DNA of 64,000 bases, from positions 124,001 through 188,000 of the IMG/VR virus record IMGVR_UViG_3300027541_000009. One strand, 5' to 3'. Under the pieces are notes generated by a model that was not told the DNA's origin, did not search any database, and worked only from the letters and a program-made list of their open reading frames with translations. The position numbers and the translations under genes were made by a program. Below, piece by piece: positions 29,368 through 36,166 of this stretch (its first letter is position 1; each line of letters begins with the position of its first letter).

Positions 29368-29571
29368 TTATTTGGAACTTACAAAATCATTAATGATTTC
29401 TGCTTGTTCTAGAACTTGATTAAGTGTTGGAAACTCTGGATAATCCATTGCTACTTTTTTGTTCTCATCTTCATTCCAACGAACAGCAGTATCATATTCC
29501 ATGCTAAACTGGTCATTAAGCATATTATATGCTTGCTTAAAGATTTCAAATCGAAGTTCATAAGGTGTCAT
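29368..29571 (-). CDS. Hypothetical 67-aa protein with its own sigma70-like promoter
   Basis: MTPYELRFEIFKQA...; AGGAG RBS; minus-strand TTGACT (29641-29636) and TATAGT (29619-29614). Confidence 0.65.
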   Translation of the reverse strand: MTPYELRFEIFKQAYNMLNDQFSMEYDTAVRWNEDENKKVAMDYPEFPTLNQVLEQAEIINDFVSSK

Positions 29572-29671
29572 AGATATTCTCCTAATGTGTGTGATGTGTG
29601 TTTCCACTAAGAAACTATATCATAAATTATCAAAAAGTCAAGTAATAATAAAAACCTATCCTCAGTTTTCT

Positions 29672-29713
29672 GAAGCAACTCCTGTTGCTCTCACTGCACC
29701 TTCAATTGGTTGA
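29672..29713 (+). pseudogene. psbA: Stranded duplicate of the psbA 3' end ([13 protein letters not shown])
   Basis: Matches the D1 C-terminal extension ([11 protein letters not shown]) of the intact gene; followed by a shared AACTGAATAA and its own terminator. Confidence 0.85.
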
Positions 29714-29738
29714 TAACAACTGAATAACTGATATAATT

Positions 29739-29764
29739 AGAGGGTGTAACAACCCTCTTTTTTT
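29739..29764 (+). terminator. Intrinsic terminator after the psbA remnant
   Basis: AGAGGGT-GTAACA-ACCCTCT plus T run. Confidence 0.8.
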
Positions 29765-29887
29765 ATGTCTCATAATAATCAACATCATCCTATGGAACCC
29801 TGGATCATCTGGGCAGGTGTAGGTATGATGGTATTTACAGTTCTTGTATTTGTCTTATTCACTCTCGGTCAGATGTATTGGGGATAA
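29765..29887 (+). CDS. 40-aa membrane peptide (not in ORF track)
   Basis: MSHNNQHHPMEPWIIWAGVGMMVFTVLVFVLFTLGQMYWG. Confidence 0.5.
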   Translation: MSHNNQHHPMEPWIIWAGVGMMVFTVLVFVLFTLGQMYWG

Positions 29888-29900
29888 GCACAAACACTCA

Positions 29901-29934
29901 TTGACTACTTTGTTAAGGAATGTTAAGATAAATA
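29901..29934 (+). promoter_or_regulatory. psbD promoter: TTGACT-17-TAAGAT overlapping late TAAATA
   Basis: TTGACT 29901-29906, TAAGAT 29924-29929, TAAATA 29929-29934. Confidence 0.7.
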
Positions 29935-29955
29935 TGAGAAATAACTAAGGAGGTT

Positions 29956-31017
29956 ATGACTTCTTCTACACTTTCACAACCTATTCAACAACGAGGATGG
30001 TTTGATGTACTCGATGACTGGCTTAAAAGAGACCGTTTCGTTTTTGTTGGCTGGTCTGGACTTCTTCTTTTTCCCACTGCTTATCTTGCTCTTGGTGGTT
30101 GGATTACTGGGACAACTTTCGTCACGAGTTGGTATACTCACGGGCTTGCGAGTTCCTATCTTGAGGGTGCAAACTTTCTTACTGCAGCAGTTAGTACTCC
30201 AGCAGATTCTATGGGTCATTCTCTTCTTCTGCTCTGGGGTCCTGAGGCTCAAGGGGATATCGTCAGGTGGTTCCAACTTGGGGGACTATGGACTTTTGTG
30301 GCGCTCCACGGGGCCTTTAGTCTGATCGGATTTATGCTTCGCCAGTTTGAGATCTCACGACTGGTAGGCATCCGTCCTTACAACGCAATTGCATTCTCTG
30401 GTCCCATCGCAGTGTTTGTGAGCGTCTTCCTGATGTACCCTCTGGGTCAATCCAGTTGGTTCTTTGCACCTTCCTTTGGTGTTGCTGCTATCTTCAGGTT
30501 CCTTCTGTTCCTTCAGGGTTTTCACAACTGGACTCTTAACCCATTTCATATGATGGGTGTTGCTGGTATACTGGGTGGAGCACTGCTCTGTGCTATTCAC
30601 GGAGCAACTGTAGAAAACACACTATTTGAAGATAGTGATCAAGCAAATACATTCAAGGCATTCGAACCAACACAAGAGGAAGAAACCTATTCAATGGTTA
30701 CTGCTAACCGTTTCTGGTCGCAAATCTTTGGAATTGCTTTTAGTAACAAGCGTTGGTTACATTTCTTTATGCTCTTTGTTCCCGTCATGGGTCTCTGGAC
30801 ATCTTCTATCGGGATTATCGGTCTTGCTCTCAATCTTCGTGCTTACGACTTTGTTAGTCAGGAGATTGAAGCAGCCGTCAATCCGGAATACGAAACTTTC
30901 TACACGAAGAATATACTTCTTAACGAAGGGCTTCGTGCTTGGATGGCTCCCGTAGACCAACCACATGAAAATTTTGTTTTTCCAGAGGAAGTTTTGCCTC
31001 GGGGCAACGCACTTTGA
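29956..31017 (+). CDS. psbD: Photosystem II D2 protein
   Basis: Unmistakable D2 sequence ending EVLPRGNAL; AGGAGG RBS. Confidence 0.99.
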   Translation: MTSSTLSQPIQQRGWFDVLDDWLKRDRFVFVGWSGLLLFPTAYLALGGWITGTTFVTSWYTHGLASSYLEGANFLTAAVSTPADSMGHSLLLLWGPEAQGDIVRWFQLGGLWTFVALHGAFSLIGFMLRQFEISRLVGIRPYNAIAFSGPIAVFVSVFLMYPLGQSSWFFAPSFGVAAIFRFLLFLQGFHNWTLNPFHMMGVAGILGGALLCAIHGATVENTLFEDSDQANTFKAFEPTQEEETYSMVTANRFWSQIFGIAFSNKRWLHFFMLFVPVMGLWTSSIGIIGLALNLRAYDFVSQEIEAAVNPEYETFYTKNILLNEGLRAWMAPVDQPHENFVFPEEVLPRGNAL

Positions 31018-31021
31018 TTTT

Positions 31022-31048
31022 AAAGACCTCATTGTTGGGGTCTTTTTT
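31022..31048 (+). terminator. Intrinsic terminator after psbD
   Basis: AAAGACCTC/GGGGTCTTT stem plus T run. Confidence 0.75.
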
Positions 31049-31110
31049 ATTTACATAAGACCCAAAGTATGATAAAATATAAATAATAATAGATATTCAA
31101 AGTTAGGATA

Positions 31111-31680
31111 ATGCCCTTAAATAATAAATCAAAACCTTGTGGTGCTTTGATTGGTAAAAAATTTGGAAAACTTACTGTCCTGAAAGAAGAAGTAGTCTTT
31201 AAGAGTGGGAAGAATAGAGTTTATTCAACTTGTAAATGTGAATGTGGTGGAGAAAAAACTTGCGAGAGATATGGTCTTATGAATGGTTCAACTACTAGTT
31301 GTGGGTGTGTTAGGAGAGAAACTACTATTGCTTTTAATAAAACTAAAAAGAAACCAGAAGGTGAATTAAAAAAAGACGATAGAAGATATAGTATGTTTCA
31401 TAATGCTCAACATAGGGCAAAAAGAAAGGGTATTCCATTTAGTATAACTATAGATGATATTATTATTCCAGAAACTTGTCCTTTACTTGGAATACCTCTT
31501 GTATCTACTAATGATAAAAGAGATCCAAGAAATCCTAGTTTAGATCAAAAGGTTCCTGGTAAAGGATATACCCCCGATAATATTTGGGTTATATCTTCAA
31601 GAGCGAATGCCCTAAAATGGGACGCATCCCTACAAGAATTAGAACTCCTAGTAGAAAACCTCAAATGCTTCTCATCTTAG
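31111..31680 (+). CDS. HNH-like free-standing (putative homing) endonuclease
   Basis: KKFGKLTV..CKCECG..NGSTTSCGC N-domain; CPLLG..PSLDQKVPGKGYTPDNIWVISSRANALK His-Me-like core; late promoter at 31080-31085. Confidence 0.7.
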   Translation: MPLNNKSKPCGALIGKKFGKLTVLKEEVVFKSGKNRVYSTCKCECGGEKTCERYGLMNGSTTSCGCVRRETTIAFNKTKKKPEGELKKDDRRYSMFHNAQHRAKRKGIPFSITIDDIIIPETCPLLGIPLVSTNDKRDPRNPSLDQKVPGKGYTPDNIWVISSRANALKWDASLQELELLVENLKCFSS

Positions 31681-31863
31681 TTCTCTTCCAACTTTTTGGA
31701 ATCCTAATGTTTATATTATCTGTTATGCAGGACTTATGATAACTTCTACAACACCATACAAACTCGCAGAAATTATTCGTGATACATGGCCTGGACTTTA
31801 CAGACCACCAGTAAAGACTTATAATAAATCTTCTATAAATATTCCACAAAATTGCAGAAAAAA

Positions 31864-32100
31864 ATGAAGTTCACAGTTTATTCAAAAGATGGTTGCCCAT
31901 ATTGCACAAAAGTTCAACAGGTGCTAGAGTTGGCACAACTGCAACATGTAGTCTACAAATTGAATAGTGATTTTAGTAGAGAAGAATTTTATTCAGAATT
32001 CGGAGAGGGATCTACCTTTCCTCAAGTGATTGTAAATGACCAACACATTGGTGGATGCACCGATACTGTTCAATATCTAAAGGAGCAAAATCTAGTTTAA
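31864..32100 (+). CDS. nrdC: Glutaredoxin
   Basis: YSKDGCPYC, TFPQV, HIGGC. Confidence 0.9.
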   Translation: MKFTVYSKDGCPYCTKVQQVLELAQLQHVVYKLNSDFSREEFYSEFGEGSTFPQVIVNDQHIGGCTDTVQYLKEQNLV

Positions 32101-32459
32101 TGGAAAACACCATTCACGAAGTTTGTAACGATGTAGAAAAAGCAATTGATTATGCTTTCAATGGTCAATTTGTTTTGAGTTTTTATGATTATCTAAAAGT
32201 TCGTGGAACTAAAAAAGTAGAGGTTGAACAATTTATTGAAAGTAATACAGCACACGAGCTGAGTAATCTTGTAATGGATTTGGATGATTATCTTGAGGGT
32301 GGATCAGATGAGATTCATAAACAACTTCGTGAAGGATATGGACATATTCCAAAACCACAAGCAAGAAAAATAAGAAATTACCTTTACGGTATTCTTGAAG
32401 ATGCCTGGAGATATAATCATGACAAAAGACCAGGAAGGAGAAAGAAGCAAACTAAATAA
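32100..32459 (+). CDS. Hypothetical protein
   Basis: TAATG overlap with glutaredoxin; operon position. Confidence 0.7.
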   Translation: MENTIHEVCNDVEKAIDYAFNGQFVLSFYDYLKVRGTKKVEVEQFIESNTAHELSNLVMDLDDYLEGGSDEIHKQLREGYGHIPKPQARKIRNYLYGILEDAWRYNHDKRPGRRKKQTK

Positions 32460-32625
32460 GTCAGAACCTCAAATTAATAGGGGTGTTGAATTATTACTAC
32501 GCAATAGGAGGAGAAAATCATCAACGCCAAAGACTTTTCAAGTGAAGTTTGGTAAAATGATTTCTCTCTTCCGTAGAGAGTTTCATTTCTTTATAGAATT
32601 TCATTTTGATATTAGGAAAAAATAA
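32419..32625 (+). CDS. Hypothetical basic protein
   Basis: ORF track; start adjusted to the internal Met. Confidence 0.55.
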   Translation: MTKDQEGERSKLNKSEPQINRGVELLLRNRRRKSSTPKTFQVKFGKMISLFRREFHFFIEFHFDIRKK

Positions 32626-32643
32626 ACTCTCTGGAGAAGAAAA

Positions 32644-32877
32644 ATGGAAACAGCATATGTAATAACATTCGTTACAATGTTCACATTGCTCTTTTTTATG
32701 GTAGGAGGTATAATAGGTTGGTTAACTTATAGGCATTTGTTGGAGTCAAAACCTCCATATTTACATCCAGAGTTCTTTGATGAAAATGGGCAGGTGATTC
32801 CTGACGAAATAGTATCTGTACGATTTGAAAACGATTACGATTATGACTACGACGAAGACGAAGAAAGCGACGACTGA
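32644..32877 (+). CDS. Hypothetical membrane protein with acidic tail
   Basis: N-terminal TM helix; GGAG RBS. Confidence 0.7.
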   Translation: METAYVITFVTMFTLLFFMVGGIIGWLTYRHLLESKPPYLHPEFFDENGQVIPDEIVSVRFENDYDYDYDEDEESDD

Positions 32878-33418
32878 AAAACCGATTGAAACTCTTCCCA
32901 CAAATCCTTTTATATTTGAGATTTTAGAGCTTACATCAAAGCAAAGAAGTAATGCAAAGAAAGTGGAAGTTCTTAAAACTTATGAACATGATTCCCTAAA
33001 AGCAATTTTTATTTGGAATTTTGATGATACTGTGATTTCACTGCTTCCTGAAGGTGATGTTCCATATGCAAGCACTGGAGAACAAACCTCTTACAGTGGA
33101 ACTCTAAGTGGAAAAATTAATGATGCAGTTTCTAAAATGGATGAGTTAGACTCCAATTCTCTTGGATCTATGGACCAAGGGAAGTCTTCTATCCGAAGAG
33201 AGTATCATATGTTCTATAACTTTGTAAAAGGTGGCAATGATACACTAAGTTCTCTTCGTAGAGAAACCATGTTCATTAATATTTTGGAGGGACTTCATCC
33301 TAAAGAAGCGGAAGTTTTAGTTCTAACAAAAGATAAAAGACTTGAAACTAAATATAAAATAACTAAAGAAATTGTTTCCGAAGCCTACTCCGATATTCAA
33401 TGGGGGGGTCGTTCATGA
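32843..33418 (+). CDS. Conserved T4-like cyanophage hypothetical protein
   Basis: RRETMFINILEGLHPKEAEVL motif. Confidence 0.7.
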   Translation: MTTTKTKKATTEKPIETLPTNPFIFEILELTSKQRSNAKKVEVLKTYEHDSLKAIFIWNFDDTVISLLPEGDVPYASTGEQTSYSGTLSGKINDAVSKMDELDSNSLGSMDQGKSSIRREYHMFYNFVKGGNDTLSSLRRETMFINILEGLHPKEAEVLVLTKDKRLETKYKITKEIVSEAYSDIQWGGRS

Positions 33419-33753
33419 GTACAGCGGTAGGAGAAAAAAGTAAAATGGCAGAAAATAAGACTAAGATTAATAAAGTTCTGCCATATGAATATGGATGCGA
33501 AATTATTTTAGAAAAAACTACTGTAGAAAAAGCAAAAGATTCTTCTCTACCCAATGATGCATATTTAATTTGGTATCTTGTTGATGGTGAAGAATATATT
33601 GATTTGACTCGTTGCCCTAAACGAGTAAATCTTTTTGATATGTACTATGACAAGTATGGTCCAGGTGCTGTTAAAAAGATTGATTTTGGATATGGTAGAA
33701 CCAATCCAAAACTTTGGGGATACAAACAACCTGAGAAAAAGAAGAAAAAATGA
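33415..33753 (+). CDS. Hypothetical protein
   Basis: Overlapping start/stop with neighbours. Confidence 0.65.
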   Translation: MSTAVGEKSKMAENKTKINKVLPYEYGCEIILEKTTVEKAKDSSLPNDAYLIWYLVDGEEYIDLTRCPKRVNLFDMYYDKYGPGAVKKIDFGYGRTNPKLWGYKQPEKKKKK

Positions 33754-33962
33754 GCGCAGGATTTGGTGGTCAAGGAAAAGAAAATAGAATTGGTAAAGAT
33801 GCCAAAATTACTATTGACTTAGATAATATAGACATAGTTTTAAAACAATATAAGAAAATTAAAAAATATAAGAAATCATCTCTGTATGCTATCAAAACAA
33901 TGGATGGCACAGAAGATATTGTGAGTTCATTAATTAAAGAAGCAGAGGAGAATCCGTTGTAA
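33750..33962 (+). CDS. Hypothetical protein
   Basis: ATGA overlap; operon position. Confidence 0.6.
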   Translation: MSAGFGGQGKENRIGKDAKITIDLDNIDIVLKQYKKIKKYKKSSLYAIKTMDGTEDIVSSLIKEAEENPL

Positions 33963-34288
33963 TGGGGAAGCATTACCTACTTAATTTGTATGGATGCTCG
34001 TTTGTCCTTTTGGACGACGAGCGTTGTCTTATAGACTTATTGGAAAACGCGGCAGCAGCGAGCGGCGCTACTGTGGTTCAAACAATTTCAAAAAAGTTTG
34101 AACCACAAGGAGTTACTGTAATATGCTTGTTGTCCGAAAGTCACATCAGCATTCATACATGGCCAGAAGAAGGTAAGGCAGCAGTTGATGTTTATACTTG
34201 TGGTGATTGTAATCCAAAGATTGGATGTGATATTATTATCCAACAACTTTATGCTACCAATCATACATTAAGTTATATTGAGAGATAG
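33962..34288 (+). CDS. speD: S-adenosylmethionine decarboxylase proenzyme
   Basis: GKHY, FEPQGVT, LSESHISIHTWPE, DVYTCG. Confidence 0.95.
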   Translation: MGKHYLLNLYGCSFVLLDDERCLIDLLENAAAASGATVVQTISKKFEPQGVTVICLLSESHISIHTWPEEGKAAVDVYTCGDCNPKIGCDIIIQQLYATNHTLSYIER

Positions 34289-34293
34289 AAAAC

Positions 34294-34309
34294 TGTATCA
34301 GGAAATACA
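34294..34309 (+). promoter_or_regulatory. Candidate NtcA box (TGTA-N8-TACA)
   Basis: TGTA-TCAGGAAA-TACA, upstream of TATAAT at 34341-34346. Confidence 0.45.
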
Positions 34310-34356
34310 CACAAAACTTCCTATATAAGTTGAATAGAGGTATAATAATCCTCTAC

Positions 34357-34661
34357 CGTTCATCCTATGACTAAAGCACTCTTGCTTTTAGCATGGGTTC
34401 CTTTCCTCTTCGTTTCAGCGCCACAAGCATCTAGCATCCAACAGGTTGCAGTTTCTTGCGACACCGCGATGGAACTAATGGACATCGTTAAAAACGACGA
34501 TGTAGTAATTCAAAAGATAGAGGACCGATTGTTATTAGAACTCCGAAAGGATTTCATAGTAAAGTGCTAAAACCTAATAGGACGGAAGTAAGCCGACGCG
34601 GAACGCAATTCGTTCATTCGCTATTCGCAAATAGCGAACGGAAACGCCGACTGAAGGAACG
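34357..34661 (+). ncRNA. Tandem glutamine-riboswitch-like (glnA/Downstream-peptide type) RNA; first P2 loop contains an ORF
   Basis: Two CGTTC...GAACG units with GGAAGTAA and CTGAAG junction words and a repeated GCCGAC, upstream of a DUF4278-like ORF. Confidence 0.6.
34367..34570 (+). CDS. 67-aa putative exported peptide embedded in the RNA element
   Basis: ORF track; hydrophobic N-terminus; two Cys. Confidence 0.55.
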   Translation: MTKALLLLAWVPFLFVSAPQASSIQQVAVSCDTAMELMDIVKNDDVVIQKIEDRLLLELRKDFIVKC

Positions 34662-34693
34662 CTCTTTAACCTAAAAACTAAGGAGAAAACCTA

Positions 34694-34831
34694 ATGTCAA
34701 AAGTAGTTTATCGCGGTGTTGAATACGACAAGCAAAAGCGTCTTGAGTATCAACAGCAAATGATGCAACAACCCCAACAGTATAACGAAAACTATCGTGG
34801 TGTTAAGTTTGTAAAGGAGGGGCATAAGTGA
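34694..34831 (+). CDS. DUF4278-like small protein, 45 aa (not in ORF track)
   Basis: MSKVVYRGVEYD...YRGVKF (two YRGV motifs); AAGGAG RBS at 34680-34685. Confidence 0.7.
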   Translation: MSKVVYRGVEYDKQKRLEYQQQMMQQPQQYNENYRGVKFVKEGHK

Positions 34832-34929
34832 TGAAAAAACTAAACTTTCTTCAACTCATTAAAGAACAAAAACAAAAAGAAGAGAGGCGTCAAAAAGCAT
34901 CTCTTGCTACTCTGGTAGCAGCAAAATGA
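34831..34929 (+). CDS. 32-aa basic helical peptide (not in ORF track)
   Basis: MKKLNFLQLIKEQKQKEERRQKASLATLVAAK; TGATG coupling; GGAGG RBS. Confidence 0.6.
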   Translation: MKKLNFLQLIKEQKQKEERRQKASLATLVAAK

Positions 34930-34934
34930 CTTAA

Positions 34935-34972
34935 GAGGTGGACTTGACTCCACCTCTTTTTTTGTCTATAAT
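34935..34972 (+). promoter_or_regulatory. Terminator hairpin fused to a sigma70 promoter (TTGACT-17-TATAAT)
   Basis: GAGGTGGA/TCCACCTC stem plus T run; TTGACT 34944-34949, TATAAT 34967-34972. Confidence 0.75.
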
Positions 34973-34995
34973 ACCTTTGTCGAGGTTTATAAAAA

Positions 34996-35175
34996 ATGGA
35001 TAGAGAAAAACTTAAACTTATTGTCAGAAACCTTGAGTCTCTGGTAGATTGTTTAAAAGCAGAGATTGAACCTGAGACTGAGGTTAAAGATCCTGTCTAT
35101 GAAGAAATTAAAAATTTTTTAAGTGACTACGACGAAGTATTTTATGACGAGGAAGATGAATACGATGTACGATGA
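34996..35175 (+). CDS. Hypothetical acidic 59-aa protein (not in ORF track)
   Basis: MDREKLKLIVRNLESLVDCLKAEI...; GAGG RBS. Confidence 0.65.
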   Translation: MDREKLKLIVRNLESLVDCLKAEIEPETEVKDPVYEEIKNFLSDYDEVFYDEEDEYDVR

Positions 35176-35875
35176 TTTTGAGTTTATGAAACCAGAAGTA
35201 AAACTCATTAGTGTTACTCCCGATGCAGAAAAGCATATGGCATATTGTGCTCGGGTAAGTAATCCTGCTAATCAGGATAATGATAAGTTTTCTGGTCTTC
35301 TCAAGTATTGCATCCAACATCAACACTGGAGTATCTTTGAACAAGCTTCAATGACTGTTGAAATCAATACTACTCGTGGACTAGCAGCTCAGATTCTTCG
35401 CCATCGTTCATTTACATATCAAGAATTTTCGCAACGATATGCTGATACAAATCTTCTGAATAGCACTATTCCTCTGCCTGAACTGCGCCGCCAAGATACA
35501 AAGAACCGTCAGAACTCTATTGATGATATTCCCGACTATCTGAAACTGACACTGACAGAAGATATCCGCGTTCATTTTGAGCAGTCTCTACGCCTTTATA
35601 ACCGCCTTTTAGAGAAGGGTGTGGCAAAGGAGTGTGCAAGGTTTGTACTGCCCTTAGCGACGCCTACAAGACTCTATATGACCGGTTCTGTAAGGTCATG
35701 GATTCATTATATTGATCTTCGTTCTGCTCATGGTACACAGAAGGAACACATGGAAATTGCAGAACTTGTTCGTTGCATCTTTACTTGCCAGTTTCCTGCA
35801 GTGTCTGAAGCACTTGGTTGGTCTCGTGAAGGGTGTTCTGAGTGTGTTGATGCACCTTCCATCACTATTGAATAA
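35165..35875 (+). CDS. thyX: Flavin-dependent thymidylate synthase
   Basis: HWSIFEQ, RHRSFTYQEFSQRY, ECARFVLP, QKEH. Confidence 0.95.
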   Translation: MYDDFEFMKPEVKLISVTPDAEKHMAYCARVSNPANQDNDKFSGLLKYCIQHQHWSIFEQASMTVEINTTRGLAAQILRHRSFTYQEFSQRYADTNLLNSTIPLPELRRQDTKNRQNSIDDIPDYLKLTLTEDIRVHFEQSLRLYNRLLEKGVAKECARFVLPLATPTRLYMTGSVRSWIHYIDLRSAHGTQKEHMEIAELVRCIFTCQFPAVSEALGWSREGCSECVDAPSITIE

Positions 35876-35904
35876 ATATCCTTACATACAATGGAGGTGT
35901 AACA

Positions 35905-36153
35905 TTGGCAACATATCCAGTGATTAATAAACAAACTGGTGAACAAAAAGAAGTTGTTCTCAGTGTTCATGATTGGGATCAATGGAAAAAAGATAATCCC
36001 GAGTGGGATAGAGATTGGTCTGACCCAAGTACTTGCCCATCATCTGGTGATATTGGGGAAGTGTATGATAGACTTAAAAAATCTCATCCCGGATGGAATG
36101 ATGTTCTTAAAAAAGCATCACAAGTTCCAGGCTCTAAAGTAAAACCCGTTTAA
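35905..36153 (+). CDS. Conserved hypothetical protein
   Basis: TTG start after GGAGG; late promoter at 35873-35878. Confidence 0.65.
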   Translation: MATYPVINKQTGEQKEVVLSVHDWDQWKKDNPEWDRDWSDPSTCPSSGDIGEVYDRLKKSHPGWNDVLKKASQVPGSKVKPV

Positions 36154-36166
36154 ATCTTAAAATCTT

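Noticed and set aside
27170-30955. Multiple alternative-frame and antisense ORFs over psbA and psbD
   Set aside because: Shadow ORFs caused by the strong codon bias of highly expressed genes; no RBS or recognisable motifs.
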